The position numbers were made by a program, and so were the translations under genes. A model generated the notes under the pieces. That model saw nothing but the letters and a program-made list of their open reading frames with translations, did not search any database and was not told where the DNA came from. DNA of 64,000 nt from an uncultured Gammaproteobacteria bacterium (GTDB lineage: Bacteria; Pseudomonadota; Gammaproteobacteria; Pseudomonadales; Azotimanducaceae), in assembly GCA_913049815.1 (NCBI GenBank), contig CAJWYI010000001.1, positions 9,700 through 73,699 of the forward strand, read 5' to 3'. Positions 46,299 to 57,530 of the stretch are shown here, one piece after another (the stretch's first letter is position 1; every line of letters begins with the position of its first letter).

Positions 46299-47204
46299 TT
46301 AGTCCCGCCACAACCAGCGAAGACTTTCCGCGAAGAGCGCGCCGCCATGCCTGAGACTGTGGCCACCCTTCCCAAACTCAAAGCGGTAGTCGTATCCGGC
46401 GTACTCAAAAGCGTTGGCCATCGTCTTGTTAGCGATCGGCCAATCGCCCAATGGAATCGCCGCATCTGCTTCACCGCTCTGCAGAAACACACGAATCGGC
46501 TTTCGCTCGGTGGTGCGAATCAAGTACGGGAAGTTGTGACCACCACGGATATTCGTGAACGAGCCACAGTGACTAAGCACACGTCCGAAACTATCGGGGT
46601 GATGCCAGGCCAGATTGAAGGCGCAGATGCCGCCACTGGAAATGCCGCAGATTGTTCGCTTATTGGGATCCAGGGAAAACATCACCCCCATCTCTGCAGC
46701 TATAAACGGCAACACCTCGTCGATGATGAAGTAGCCATAGTCCGGTGTCACAGAATCGTACTCATAACTCCGCTGGTTGCTCGGTCCATTCGAAGCGACG
46801 GGTTGTCCTGGGTTCAAAAACACACCCACGGTCGGTGCGATCTCTCCTGCGGCGATCATGTTGTTCAGCACCACACCCGCGCGGACCGGTCCTTCACGAT
46901 TGAGGTATCCAGCACCATCGTTGAAGACAATGACAGGCGATTCACCTGTCAGTCCTTCAGGCACAAACACCCACATGTCTCGTTTAGTCTCAGGGTAGAC
47001 CCTGGTCTTGCGCCAGTCAGTGAAAGCGACGACGTTTTCCGATGTCACGTCGGACCTAGGGTACGCATCCGAACAAGGGTGATACATCGCGTCACCGGGC
47101 ACATTTAATGCGTCCCGAATCTCCATCGTGCTGCGCCCGTTGACCTCCATCGGGAACGGCTGATCTAGACCCAGCGCCTGATGGGTCTCTATGTTCATGG
47201 GCAT
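46299..47204 (-). CDS. alpha/beta hydrolase, 'putative esterase' (enterochelin esterase/esterase D-like) family
   Basis: Nucleophile elbow GISSGG, with His near the C-terminus (GGHSL). ATG at 47204 has an AGGAGA SD 6 nt upstream. The track ORF starts at 47279. Confidence 0.75.
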   Translation of the reverse strand: MPMNIETHQALGLDQPFPMEVNGRSTMEIRDALNVPGDAMYHPCSDAYPRSDVTSENVVAFTDWRKTRVYPETKRDMWVFVPEGLTGESPVIVFNDGAGYLNREGPVRAGVVLNNMIAAGEIAPTVGVFLNPGQPVASNGPSNQRSYEYDSVTPDYGYFIIDEVLPFIAAEMGVMFSLDPNKRTICGISSGGICAFNLAWHHPDSFGRVLSHCGSFTNIRGGHNFPYLIRTTERKPIRVFLQSGEADAAIPLGDWPIANKTMANAFEYAGYDYRFEFGKGGHSLRHGGALFAESLRWLWRD

Positions 47205-47518
47205 GCGATGTCTCCTGATGTTTTCAGTATTTGTTCTTTGACAGAGGGGCCTATTGAAGTTCTGTTCAGTCGCCAACAATCCACCGAGGCTAATACCCAG
47301 TTGTCGCTCAACCGGATCTATCGGCGCAATCCTTAGAGGATGGTGACAAATCCAACAAGACCAAAGACCAGAAATTTCAGCCCTCTTACCAAAACACTAT
47401 TCATCGACCAGCACGTTCTCTCGACTTTCCAGGGACAGCGTAACTGTTCTTCAGAGAGAGGCACGTTGGCCTTTGCCGGGTCGAGGTAGGGACACTCTCC
47501 CTTAAATTGGCCCCTGAA

Positions 47519-48418
47519 CTAACTGTTCCTGGTCACAAATTGTTGCGCAAACTTTTCAGCCGCCGGCGAAATCGCCGTCGCCTTACGCCGCGCCAATCCC
47601 AAGCGCCGAGTAATCTCGAGACCCCTGACTGGGATCTGTCGTACCAGATCCTGATTCTGCACACCCATCTGGGAGACAAATGCCAGCAAACCGGTATTCG
47701 CCACCATCTGCACGATCGCTGGGATCGATCTCAACTCCATGACCACATTGGTTTCGATACCCGCTTCCAACAGCGCGCTGTCGACAAGCTGGCGTATCGC
47801 ACTCCCCGCCTCGAAACCGACGATGTTCTGACCATCCAACTCAAGGACATCTACTTCTGCCATCGCCGCAAGTGGGTGATCCGGAGATGCGACCAATACG
47901 ATGTGGTCCTCCGCTATAGGCTGTATCTTTAACTCAGTAGTCCTCACCGGCAACGTGACAAGCCCCAGCTCCAATGCGCCCGTCGCAACATCCGCAGCAA
48001 TCTCAGCCGAGCCCGCCTCTTTTACTTGGAAAAGAACGTCAGGGTAGTCAGACTGAAATCGCGTGATCGCGTCCGGCAACACAAATGAGACCGCCGTCGC
48101 CCCACCACCGATTCGGACGTTGCCACCAGAGACACTCTGTCTTCGCAGCACCTCTGATTTCAGATGCTCGTAGCGTCCGATGAGTACCCTGGCTTCGATA
48201 TCCACTAGTTGACCCAGCTCTGTCAATCTGGCGCCGCGCCGACTTCGACTCAACAGTTCCGTACCAAATTCCTCCTCTAACTGTTGAATTCTGCGCGTTA
48301 ACGCAGGTTGCGTAAGGCCCAGACGACTAGCTGCCTCAGTTATGGCGCCTGCATCGCTGACTGCAACCAGAGACTTAAGAAGCTCCATATCCAACGCTGA
48401 GCTATCCCCTATGTCCAT
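47519..48418 (-). CDS. LysR family transcriptional regulator
   Basis: N-terminal wHTH (LKSLVAVSDAGAITEAASRLGLTQPALTRRIQQLEEEFG) plus a substrate-binding domain. Divergent from acnB. Confidence 0.9.
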   Translation of the reverse strand: MDIGDSSALDMELLKSLVAVSDAGAITEAASRLGLTQPALTRRIQQLEEEFGTELLSRSRRGARLTELGQLVDIEARVLIGRYEHLKSEVLRRQSVSGGNVRIGGGATAVSFVLPDAITRFQSDYPDVLFQVKEAGSAEIAADVATGALELGLVTLPVRTTELKIQPIAEDHIVLVASPDHPLAAMAEVDVLELDGQNIVGFEAGSAIRQLVDSALLEAGIETNVVMELRSIPAIVQMVANTGLLAFVSQMGVQNQDLVRQIPVRGLEITRRLGLARRKATAISPAAEKFAQQFVTRNS

Positions 48419-48548
48419 ATAATATTTCTATGTTATACATCAAAACTATCCATTTTACGCATGCATTTAAAACATCTAAGGTTGCGGCCCATCGATAAAA
48501 CCGTTCACTCACTGAACACAGTCGCGAAAAAACCGATAGAGGTCACTG

Positions 48549-51146
48549 ATGCTGGAAGCATACCGAGCCCACGTAGAAGAACGTGCCGAACAGGGCATAC
48601 CCCCAAAACCACTTTCTGCCGAGCAGGTGACAGAGCTCGTTGAACTACTTAAAAACCCTCCGGAGGGAGAAGAAGAGTTTCTCATGCTTCTTCTTGTAGA
48701 ACGCGTACCACCTGGTGTTGATGATGCCGCGTATGTGAAAGCTGCGTTCCTCGCTGACATCGCAAAAGGCGAAGCCGACTGTGGGCTGATCGACAAACCG
48801 CGCGCTATTGAGTTGCTGGGCACGATGCTTGGCGGCTACAACATAATGCCTCTCGTTGATCTGCTTGATGACGAAGATCTCGCGCCACTCGCCGCTCACC
48901 AATTGAAATATACACTGCTGATGTTCGATGCCTTTCACGACGTCGCCGAAAAAGCCAAAGGAGGTAACGTCCACGCACAGGCAGTGATTCAGTCCTGGGC
49001 GGATGCTGATTGGTTCAAGGCGAAAAAAGATGTCCCGGAGGAAATCCAACTGACTGTTTTCAAGGTTACTGGAGAGACAAACACAGACGATCTTTCACCC
49101 GCGCAGGACGCGTGGTCGCGACCGGATATCCCACTGCATGCACTAGCCATGCTGAAAAACCCGCGCGACGGTATTACCGATGCGATCGATCAAATCGAAG
49201 CGCTAAAGAACAAGGGGAACCCTGTCGCGTACGTCGGCGACGTTGTTGGTACGGGCTCTTCACGTAAAAGTGCAACCAACTCTGTACTCTGGCACATGGG
49301 TGATGACATCCCATTTGTCCCCAACAAGCGGCAAGGTGGCGTTGTCCTAGGCGGCAAGATCGCACCCATCTTTTTTAATACCGTCGAAGATTCTGGCGCA
49401 CTGCCGATCGAATGTCCTGTCGATAACATCGCCATGGGTGACACCATCATCGTCAAACCCTACGAAGGCAAGATCGTCAACGAAGCGGGTGACGTTATCA
49501 GCGAGTTTGAACTGAAGACCAACGTACTGCTGGATGAGGCGAAAGCCGGTGGACGCATTCCTCTTATTATTGGACGTAGCCTGACAGAACGAGCACGCGA
49601 AAATCTAGGGCTGAGCGCTACGGACGCGTTCAGACGCCCTGAAGACCCCAGCACATCAGATGCAGGATTTACGCTTGCACAGAAGATTGTAGGCCGTGCC
49701 TGTGGACTGGGTGAGGGTCACGGTATTCGCCCAGGGACCTATTGTGAACCCCGCATGGGGACCGTTGGATCTCAGGACACCACGGGTCCTATGACGCGCG
49801 ATGAGTTGAAAGAGCTCGCCTGTCTTGGCTTCTCTGCCGATCTTGTCATGCAGAGTTTCTGTCACACCGCGGCGTATCCGAAGCCTGTCGATATTGAAAC
49901 CCAACACACGCTGCCGGATTTCATTCATAACCGCGGTGGCGTATCGCTCAGGCCAGGTGACGGTATCATTCACAGCTGGCTGAATCGAATGCTGCTGCCG
50001 GACCAGGTCGGGACCGGTGGCGATTCTCACACCCGATTTCCACTGGGCGTTTCATTTCCCGCGGGTTCCGGCCTTGTGGCCTTCGGTGCGGCGCTGGGTG
50101 TCATCCCACTCGATATGCCCGAATCGGTCCTGGTGAAGTTCACCGGTGAGATGCAACCTGGCATTACATTGCGCGACCTGGTCAATGCTATTCCCTACGC
50201 GGCGATTCAACGGGGTTTACTGACCGTCGAAAAGGCCGGCAAGAAGAATGTGTACAACGGTCGCATCCTTGAAATTGAGGGACTACCCGACCTGACCGTC
50301 GAGCAGGCGTTTGAACTGTCGGACGCCTCGGCAGAGCGATCAGCAGGTGGTTGTACCATTGCGCTCTCCGAAGAATCCGTCTCAGAGTATCTGCGTTCGA
50401 ATGTTGTCATGCTGCGTTGGATGATCGCGAATGGCTATCGCGACGTCCGCACCCTGGAACGGCGCGCTCGCGCCATGGAAGAGTGGTTAGAAGATCCCTC
50501 ACTGATGCGAGCCGACAACAATGCAGAATACGCAGAAGTGATCGAAATCAACATGTCAGAGATTACCGAACCGCTGCTTGCCTGCCCGAACGATCCAGAC
50601 GACGTGAAACCGCTTTCGGAAGTCGCCGGGACGCAGATCGATGAAGTTTTCATCGGTTCCTGCATGACCAATATCGGTCACTTCCGCGCCGCCGGGAAGC
50701 TGCTTCAGGCATCAGGTGAAGTCATCCCATCACGTCTCTGGATCGCACCACCCACACGCATGGACGAACAGCAGTTGATGGAAGAAGGTTATTTCAACAT
50801 CTTTGCACAGGCTGGTGCGCGCACAGAAATGCCAGGTTGCAGCCTGTGCATGGGTAATCAGGCGCGGATTCAGGCGGGGTCTACCTGCGTGTCGACCTCC
50901 ACCCGGAACTTTCCAAACCGTCTGGGCCAGGGCTCCAATGTCTATCTCGCATCCGCTGAACTCGCCGCCATCGCTTCGGTGAAGGGTAAGTTGCCTTCAA
51001 AAGAAGAGTATCTGGAGTTTGCGACACAGATCGATTCCATGGCACCTGAGATCTACAACTACCTGAATTTTGATAAGCTACCGGAGTTTCTTGAGGCAGC
51101 GGAAGAAGGGCGGTCATTGGCACAGGAAGTGGTGGTTCAAGCCTGA
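48549..51146 (+). CDS. acnB: bifunctional aconitate hydratase 2 / 2-methylisocitrate dehydratase
   Basis: 865 aa. N-terminal [22 protein letters not shown] and an overall AcnB-specific HEAT-like plus swivel plus catalytic arrangement. Confidence 0.95.
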   Translation: MLEAYRAHVEERAEQGIPPKPLSAEQVTELVELLKNPPEGEEEFLMLLLVERVPPGVDDAAYVKAAFLADIAKGEADCGLIDKPRAIELLGTMLGGYNIMPLVDLLDDEDLAPLAAHQLKYTLLMFDAFHDVAEKAKGGNVHAQAVIQSWADADWFKAKKDVPEEIQLTVFKVTGETNTDDLSPAQDAWSRPDIPLHALAMLKNPRDGITDAIDQIEALKNKGNPVAYVGDVVGTGSSRKSATNSVLWHMGDDIPFVPNKRQGGVVLGGKIAPIFFNTVEDSGALPIECPVDNIAMGDTIIVKPYEGKIVNEAGDVISEFELKTNVLLDEAKAGGRIPLIIGRSLTERARENLGLSATDAFRRPEDPSTSDAGFTLAQKIVGRACGLGEGHGIRPGTYCEPRMGTVGSQDTTGPMTRDELKELACLGFSADLVMQSFCHTAAYPKPVDIETQHTLPDFIHNRGGVSLRPGDGIIHSWLNRMLLPDQVGTGGDSHTRFPLGVSFPAGSGLVAFGAALGVIPLDMPESVLVKFTGEMQPGITLRDLVNAIPYAAIQRGLLTVEKAGKKNVYNGRILEIEGLPDLTVEQAFELSDASAERSAGGCTIALSEESVSEYLRSNVVMLRWMIANGYRDVRTLERRARAMEEWLEDPSLMRADNNAEYAEVIEINMSEITEPLLACPNDPDDVKPLSEVAGTQIDEVFIGSCMTNIGHFRAAGKLLQASGEVIPSRLWIAPPTRMDEQQLMEEGYFNIFAQAGARTEMPGCSLCMGNQARIQAGSTCVSTSTRNFPNRLGQGSNVYLASAELAAIASVKGKLPSKEEYLEFATQIDSMAPEIYNYLNFDKLPEFLEAAEEGRSLAQEVVVQA

Positions 51147-51574
51147 CCCTAGTAACCACTTTAGTCGCGGCATCTGCGAAGTTGTCGTGCACAACCAATA
51201 CGTTTCTGACACTTCAAAATATCCGCGCGTGAGACTTCCAGCATCTCGTGTCGCAGCTCACTGGCCATGGCACCGAAAGAGTCTGAAACCCCTTGTGAGG
51301 TAACAGGCCATCCAGCTTCGTTCGCCCAAGCGTCTCAAGACTCTTGAGTCCAAAATCGATCAATAGCGGATGACAGACCATCGCATGCCAGGGTTTCGAC
51401 GCTAGTGCGCCCGTAATTCGGGTCGTATGCATCTCTACCTGACAAAACTCAGGCTTGAAGAGGAAATGTTGGAAGCCGTGAACGATGAAGTCGTCTACGC
51501 GGTGAGGGAACGGGAAGAAGTTACTCGGTTACGATCGGTCATTGATCACCTGCCGAGCTGATTGCGAAACTCAA

Positions 51575-52594
51575 CTACTCTTCGTTACCGCTCGACTCCG
51601 CCAGGTACACAGCGATACCTTCCAACAGGGCGATGTGCCTGACCTGGCACGACATGATCGCGTCATCGACGCCCTCAGGATCATCCAGTTGATCGGGCAC
51701 ATGACGCACACGCTCACTCAATTCAACGGCGCCGATGTCCTGCAATGCTGACGACGCCCCCTCCAGCAGCACGAGTGCACCGGGTTTATCACCAGCGTCC
51801 AGTTTGACGAACACCTGCTCAAAGTCGGCGGGATGTTGCTGATAGAAAGCAGCGAGTTTGAATTGATAAGCCGATTCGTCATCCCCTGCATTGTATAGCC
51901 CCTGCAAACTGTCGATCCCCGCATCCTCGAGACGCTGGATTTTTTTTTCGTCTTCAGTAGTCATTTCTGTGGCTGCCTCAATGCTCGCCAGCAACGCTTG
52001 CTTGGCGGCTACGTCCGCCGCGAGATCAGTCGGATCCGATACAGGTAGAGTGTGCCTCGCCTCGTTTTCTATTCGGTCTGTCCTGTCGAACCCAACGTCG
52101 TTTGCAACTGGCAACAGGCTCACGTAAGTGAGGCCCATCAAGACAAACGCTATGAACGTCAGATAGCCGAAAGTAGACTGGCCACCAGTGATGAGCAATG
52201 CCAGCATCAAGCCACCCAGTGATACCCATGCGAACGAAAGGACCACTGTCCACCGCGCCATGGCTATCCGCGCGATCAGAGCGCTCACCATGACGGCGTT
52301 GGCTACCACAAGATCATGAATTCTCGTTGCCTCAAGACCTGTCAAGAGAAACGGTGCAGCCGCCCAGGACAGCCCAGCGCAAGACGCACACGCGATGACT
52401 AGGCGCGACAGCACTTGGTCGTCAGTATTCAGACCGCGACGTAATGAAATCGCAAGCGCCATAAAGGGCACATGCAGTACAACGAGGACCAATAGCCACG
52501 CGATACTTCCTTCGCCCACAAAAATCTGCAGCAGAAATCCTGCCAGCATGCTGACAGTGACCATCGGCAGGATCAGTGCCTGAACATGTTTCAT
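51575..52594 (-). CDS. polytopic membrane protein with a C-terminal HPt-like four-helix region lacking the conserved His
   Basis: 339 aa from MKHVQALIL. The ATG at 52594 forms an ATGA overlap with the PhyH stop. About six hydrophobic segments, an acidic linker, then F...HPADFEQVFVKLDAGDKPGALVLLEGASSALQDIGAVEL, which resembles HPt (..gD...l...aHxLKGsa..lGa..L). Confidence 0.55.
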   Translation of the reverse strand: MKHVQALILPMVTVSMLAGFLLQIFVGEGSIAWLLVLVVLHVPFMALAISLRRGLNTDDQVLSRLVIACASCAGLSWAAAPFLLTGLEATRIHDLVVANAVMVSALIARIAMARWTVVLSFAWVSLGGLMLALLITGGQSTFGYLTFIAFVLMGLTYVSLLPVANDVGFDRTDRIENEARHTLPVSDPTDLAADVAAKQALLASIEAATEMTTEDEKKIQRLEDAGIDSLQGLYNAGDDESAYQFKLAAFYQQHPADFEQVFVKLDAGDKPGALVLLEGASSALQDIGAVELSERVRHVPDQLDDPEGVDDAIMSCQVRHIALLEGIAVYLAESSGNEE

Positions 52595-53529
52595 CGTCTT
52601 CGAGCAACTCCGGCGGTGTCGAAATAGTGGTCCATATTCCATTCTGGCCAACGGGCCTGTGTGATCCGCAGTGTCCTATCCGTCCAGAATGGATCACCCG
52701 GCTCGGGAATACCCAGACAGGCCAGCTGTTCTGAACTACCATGGTTGATGACGCGCTCCCAGGGCCGATTTGCAGCGCTCTGCCAGACATGGAAGTTGAT
52801 CATCTCGTTACCCCGGGCTTTGTAACCAACGGTCATTGTAAATCGGCGGCCATTCTCCTCAGTGAGATTCGTCCCACGATGAAACGTGTCGATACTGTGC
52901 GCCAGCAGGCTCCCAGCAGGTCCCGCACCTGATCTTTCTCGCGACAGCAGATCGTGCTGCTGCTTAGGGGTCGGTGCCCATACGCGGCCTTCTCCCAGCA
53001 CGTCATTACAGTCGGGACGCGTCACATAATGGAGGGCACCGGTTTCGTCAGTGACATCTGTCATGTAAAAGATGAAATCCACACACCGTAACGCAACATC
53101 ATCTGACGGAACGGTGAGCGTGTGGTTGCCAAAGTCACAATGGAATCCCTGATCGTAGTCCGCCTCGCCAGTGAATTTCGCCCAGGTATGTGATTGATAA
53201 AGACTGACCTCTTCCACACCCAGCAAGGCTCGCGAAAATGCAATGAGTGCAGGATGCAGCGAGATCATGTTGATCGCTTGCGAACCCATGTAGGGCAATG
53301 TATCGATATTCTTGAACTGTGCCGGATGCGAGGAACCAATCGATCCCTCCTCTTTCGACACCAGCGCCGACCCAATACCTTCTCCCTGTACGCAGTCGGC
53401 GTACATCGTTTCAAAATCCTCAAGCACCGGTCCATACTCTTCCGGTGTGAAGAAATTTTCGATCAGAACGAACCCTTCTTCACGCCATTGCCTGACGTGA
53501 TCTTCGTTGAAACGGATTTCTGAACTCAT
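52591..53529 (-). CDS. phytanoyl-CoA dioxygenase (PhyH) family Fe(II)/2OG oxygenase
   Basis: 312 aa. N-terminal ..QWREEGFVLIENFF, H-x-D motif (FHCDFGNH), distal His (DTFHRGTN). Confidence 0.85.
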   Translation of the reverse strand: MSSEIRFNEDHVRQWREEGFVLIENFFTPEEYGPVLEDFETMYADCVQGEGIGSALVSKEEGSIGSSHPAQFKNIDTLPYMGSQAINMISLHPALIAFSRALLGVEEVSLYQSHTWAKFTGEADYDQGFHCDFGNHTLTVPSDDVALRCVDFIFYMTDVTDETGALHYVTRPDCNDVLGEGRVWAPTPKQQHDLLSRERSGAGPAGSLLAHSIDTFHRGTNLTEENGRRFTMTVGYKARGNEMINFHVWQSAANRPWERVINHGSSEQLACLGIPEPGDPFWTDRTLRITQARWPEWNMDHYFDTAGVARRR

Positions 53530-53695
53530 TGTTGCCTCTCAGGTGACAGCCAACCAGGAAATGTGTAGCCGGCATCATACCCAACGACTCATCGCTGTAA
53601 ACTCGGGATATCTCACGCCGACGCCGCATGACAGGTCTTGCCGCTCTTATCCATGGTGCCTATAGTGCCCGTCCGTTCCAATCCACAACTACATT

Positions 53696-54925
53696 ATGTC
53701 TGAGGCACATTTCAAAGAACGACTGGTCCAGGTGGACCTGCCAACACACCACTACGCGCTGATTACTGCCCCTGATGGCCGGTTCCTGGCAATGGTCAAC
53801 GACGAATTGATTGTGACCACGGTGACTGATGATGCCGCAATCTGGGACTGGCGGAACAACGAGTTGGTAAACGTCACTACCGGCAAGACCCTGTCGACGT
53901 CCATGATCGATAGCGGTGTTCACCTGACCTTCGATGGGCAGCCAGTTAACGAGATTGGAGAGATAGGAACTCCTGCGACGTTCACCATCGGACACGGTCC
54001 CGAAAAAATGCCGAGCGAATACCTCGAATTTTTTCAGGCGCACGGTTGGGTCTGCCTGACCAGTATTCTGCCCCCGGATGTTCTCGAAGAGTTGGAGAGG
54101 GTGTCATGCACCGATCGATATCAGGACCGCAAATTCGACACCAGCGCGCCACCGTTCAACCAGTCACCCGCGATGGCCAGGACTGCCGCTGAACCAGTCT
54201 CGCTCTGGCTGATGCGACGTTACATGCAAACTGATGAGATCCGTCTTGGGCATACACCCAGTCTTGCGATCGTCGGTAAGGATGATGGCAAAAGGAACGT
54301 ACAGGGATGGCATTCCGATTTCCCGTATCTCTGGGGAATCTCCGGTTCTGTCAATGAAGGACGCGAGACGATTCCAGATGGCAGAGTACCCACACCGTCA
54401 GGACCAACAGTGCTAGGTGTTCAACGCAACGTATGTATTTCACCGTTCACCGGGGTCGGCGGTGCGACGGCCTTCAAGCTCGGATCTCGAGATAAGGACC
54501 AGGGGCCACCGCATGACTGGGGTACTGGCACATCGCACGGTCGTCCTGGCTATCGCGCGGAACATGGTCTGCCCTACACCGGTGAAAACGCCGACATCGT
54601 TGAAGCGCCGGGCGGTTCCATTATTCTGTATGACTCTCGTACCTGGCATCGCGCCGGCATCAATCGGACCGAGAAGCGCCGCTCTGCCATGCTGCAAGCC
54701 ATGATACCGATGTACATCATGCCTTTTTATGACCTGAGCGCCTCGTATAAGTCCTTCTTGAAGAGTGACGCCTATCAGGCCCTGAACGAGCGCGAACGTG
54801 ATGAGATGCGACGACTGATGGTGCATTACATGGCGGGGCCCGGGGGATTGCAGGCAATTACTGTGGATCAGGAACTGACCGAACATGTGAAAGATGCCGG
54901 TGCAAGATGGGGCGCCTATTCCTGA
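53696..54925 (+). CDS. PhyH-family Fe(II)/2OG oxygenase with an unassigned N-terminal domain of about 110 aa (paralog of 21983..23167)
   Basis: GWHSDFPY and SRTWHRAG motifs. Shares HGPE..PSEYL, GYRAEHGLPY and DDAAIW blocks with the 394-aa paralog. Confidence 0.8.
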   Translation: MSEAHFKERLVQVDLPTHHYALITAPDGRFLAMVNDELIVTTVTDDAAIWDWRNNELVNVTTGKTLSTSMIDSGVHLTFDGQPVNEIGEIGTPATFTIGHGPEKMPSEYLEFFQAHGWVCLTSILPPDVLEELERVSCTDRYQDRKFDTSAPPFNQSPAMARTAAEPVSLWLMRRYMQTDEIRLGHTPSLAIVGKDDGKRNVQGWHSDFPYLWGISGSVNEGRETIPDGRVPTPSGPTVLGVQRNVCISPFTGVGGATAFKLGSRDKDQGPPHDWGTGTSHGRPGYRAEHGLPYTGENADIVEAPGGSIILYDSRTWHRAGINRTEKRRSAMLQAMIPMYIMPFYDLSASYKSFLKSDAYQALNERERDEMRRLMVHYMAGPGGLQAITVDQELTEHVKDAGARWGAYS

Positions 54926-55012
54926 GGCCTAATGCCGAGAGCTCTCGTCACTGCACACGCGTCGTGTTATCGTCGCGACGCGTTCTAACATTCAAATCAG
55001 GGAACCAAGCCA

Positions 55013-55648
55013 ATGAAACTCTACGACTCTAAAGGCGCACCAAACCCTCGCCGGGTCCGCATGTTCATGGCTGAGAAAGGTTTGGATTATGAAAAGGAAG
55101 AGATCAACATCGTTAAAGGTGAGAACCTGACCGACGAGTTTCTCGCCGTGAATCCTCGCGGTATGTTGCCGACCCTCGTGCTCGATGACGGAACGGCCCT
55201 TGATGAGACCGTTGCCATCTGCCGCTATATCGAAGAACAACACCCAGAGCCCCCTTTGATGGGGACCGACGCAGTCTCCAAAGCACAGGTGGAGGCACGG
55301 CAGCGCCATATGGAGTGGGACGGACTGCTACCTGCCATGGAAGCATTCCGCAATGCGTTTCCAGGCTTTGCAAAAAGGGGCCTCGGTGGGAGTGTGGGTG
55401 AGGTTCACGCCATTGAAGAACTGTCAGCACGCGGCAAGACCTCGCTCGGTAGGTTTTACGAACGACTAGATCAGCATCTGGCGGACAACCATTTTATCGC
55501 CGGTGACAATTTCTCGATTGCTGACATCACGGCGCTCTGTACATGCGACTTTGCTGCAGGCGCAGCCCGTGTACCCATGCCTGAATCATTGTCCAATCTC
55601 AGACGTTGGTATGATGAAGTGTCGGCGCGACCTTCCGCCAGTGCGTGA
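55013..55648 (+). CDS. glutathione S-transferase family protein
   Basis: 211 aa. Thioredoxin-like N-terminal domain (MKLYDS.GAPNPRRVR.F..EKG) and a helical C-terminal domain. Confidence 0.9.
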   Translation: MKLYDSKGAPNPRRVRMFMAEKGLDYEKEEINIVKGENLTDEFLAVNPRGMLPTLVLDDGTALDETVAICRYIEEQHPEPPLMGTDAVSKAQVEARQRHMEWDGLLPAMEAFRNAFPGFAKRGLGGSVGEVHAIEELSARGKTSLGRFYERLDQHLADNHFIAGDNFSIADITALCTCDFAAGAARVPMPESLSNLRRWYDEVSARPSASA

Positions 55649-55874
55649 CCTACATCGTCCTCGAGGTACAAACTAGACGAGTTGCTTGGGGAGAGCGTGA
55701 AGCTCCGGACAATGTCGAACCGCTTTTCGCAGAATCGACAGGTCTTTTTCATCGATGATTAGGGGTGGACGCAAGAACGAACCCTTGGATGAATATTGGC
55801 AAAAGCGAATCTGATGTTGACCCTGGCGATGTCGTCGGTGAGCTTCGGGAGCTAAATGGTGGGGTAATTGATCT

Positions 55875-57530
55875 TCATCTCCCAACGATCTGTCCCGCTC
55901 GCGCGCCCGTATGTTCGTCATCCCGAAGGATTGTTACACCATTGCAAATAGTCGCCTGGTAACCAGCGCCACGCTGAATAAAGCGCGGGGCTTCAAACGG
56001 GAAGTCGTGAACGATCTCGGGTTGTTTCTCGCCCAGCCGATCGAGATTGAAGACGTTGATATCCGCTCGCATGCCTACGGCCAGAACACCACGATCATCA
56101 ACACCAATAATTCGAGCGGGCGCTGACGTCAATCGGCGCACTGCCTCCGGAATTGAGTAATGTCCCGTATCCCGGCACCAATGTGACATGACCCAGGTCG
56201 CCCAACCTGCGTCCATGACCTGACTAACATGGGCACCGGCATCCCCAAGACCTGGCAGGCAGTGTTCACAGGAGAAGAGATTCGCCAACGCCTTCATGTT
56301 CTTGTTGAAGACCCGCTGAGTAAAAAGCGCTTTACCAGCGGATTCACGAGACAATCGAAGGAATGTCTCTGCGGGATGTTCACCTTGCTCTGCGGCCAGT
56401 GACGTCAGTGAGTTCTCCGGTCCTGAGCCGTACGCCGGCTGGTCCACCGGACCCATCCAGAAAATATCCTCGGAAGGTCTACCGTTGTCTCGCTGCGCAT
56501 CGGTCACCAAACGCTCGCAAAACGAAGTGTCTGCAATAGCCGCCAGCCTAGCGGCAAGATCCATCGACGAGAGTTCGTTCCACGCTCCACCGCGCCACGG
56601 GAAGCCGCATTGTAGACCGGCGACAAACCCAGTCCCGCGGGGAACCGAAATAGCGTTGACGTCGAGGCCGTCCGCATTCATATCTTCAAGCATGCTGCGA
56701 ACACGCGCACCCGAACTGTCCTTGGCACCTGCAGTGATACTAAACAATACGCGCCCGCCGTACGCTCGCGCCTCCTTGCGGAGAAGTTCGGCTTCCCCCT
56801 CGAAGTCACCGCCGAGGTTGAGCACGTTCTGCATCAGCCCACCGGCTTCACCGACGGCCGTGGCAATCGCTTCGAGCTCGTCATGTTTTGCGTGTGTCCC
56901 GGGTATATGACGTCCGTCTGGCATGTAATGCCCCAGGAAACGGTTCGTGGAGAAACCGACGGCACCATCGCGGACCGCCTGTCCTGCAATCCGCGCAATC
57001 TCGGCTTTCTCTTCAGGGGTCGGCTGATCGGTGATACTGCGATCACCCATCACGTGATAGCGGACCGCACAGTGCCCTACGAGACCGGCCACGTTGATGG
57101 CCGGATTCAGAGACTCAATCGCGTCCAGATATTCGCCATAGGATTCCCAAGACCAGGGCAGCCCACTCAGAATCGCCTTCTTCGGAATGTCTTCAACGGT
57201 TTCCATCATACCCGCCAGAACTTGCCGGTTTTTTGGTGCACAGGGCGCGAAAGTCACACCACAATTACCCATCAGTGCTGTCGTCACACCATGCCAACTG
57301 ACCGGCGTGAGCATAGGGTCCCAGCCAATCTGCGCATCCAGGTGGGTATGCAGGTCAACAAATCCCGGTGTCACGAGGCTACCGTCTGCATTGATTTCAT
57401 CAGCACCTCCGTCAGTGACTTTGCCAACGGCGGTGATCCGCCCCCTATCAATGGCGACGTCCGCACTGATGGGATCTGAACCTGTACCGTCCACTACTGT
57501 CCCGTTTCGAACCACGATGTCATGTGTCAT
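55875..57530 (-). CDS. N-acyl-D-amino-acid deacylase (D-aminoacylase) family amidohydrolase
   Basis: DIVVRNGTVVDGTG...PGFVDLHTH N-terminus and the length are typical of D-aminoacylases. Confidence 0.85.
   Translation of the reverse strand: MTHDIVVRNGTVVDGTGSDPISADVAIDRGRITAVGKVTDGGADEINADGSLVTPGFVDLHTHLDAQIGWDPMLTPVSWHGVTTALMGNCGVTFAPCAPKNRQVLAGMMETVEDIPKKAILSGLPWSWESYGEYLDAIESLNPAINVAGLVGHCAVRYHVMGDRSITDQPTPEEKAEIARIAGQAVRDGAVGFSTNRFLGHYMPDGRHIPGTHAKHDELEAIATAVGEAGGLMQNVLNLGGDFEGEAELLRKEARAYGGRVLFSITAGAKDSSGARVRSMLEDMNADGLDVNAISVPRGTGFVAGLQCGFPWRGGAWNELSSMDLAARLAAIADTSFCERLVTDAQRDNGRPSEDIFWMGPVDQPAYGSGPENSLTSLAAEQGEHPAETFLRLSRESAGKALFTQRVFNKNMKALANLFSCEHCLPGLGDAGAHVSQVMDAGWATWVMSHWCRDTGHYSIPEAVRRLTSAPARIIGVDDRGVLAVGMRADINVFNLDRLGEKQPEIVHDFPFEAPRFIQRGAGYQATICNGVTILRDDEHTGARAGQIVGR

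Noticed and set aside
47333-47404. 23-codon hydrophobic ORF ([23 protein letters not shown]) upstream of the esterase gene, read as a leader peptide or a lost signal peptide.
   Set aside because: It is not in frame with the esterase and has no SD. The length and composition could arise by chance.
51214-51561. ORFs in the 428-nt spacer after acnB (a 72-aa minus-strand ORF, and a 31-codon plus-strand ORF MLEAVNDEVVYAVREREEVTRLRSVIDHLPS).
   Set aside because: No family resemblance that I could defend. The AGGA motif sits only 1 nt from the ATG of the small ORF. The region is probably further unrecognisable decay or a UTR.
55673-55921. 82-aa minus-strand ORF whose end (FLRPPLIIDEKDLSILRKAV) resembles the C-terminus of class-III aminotransferases.
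   Set aside because: Only about 25 residues resemble the family. The rest overlaps the 3' end of the amidohydrolase gene in another frame. At most it is a tiny relic, too weak to list as a feature.
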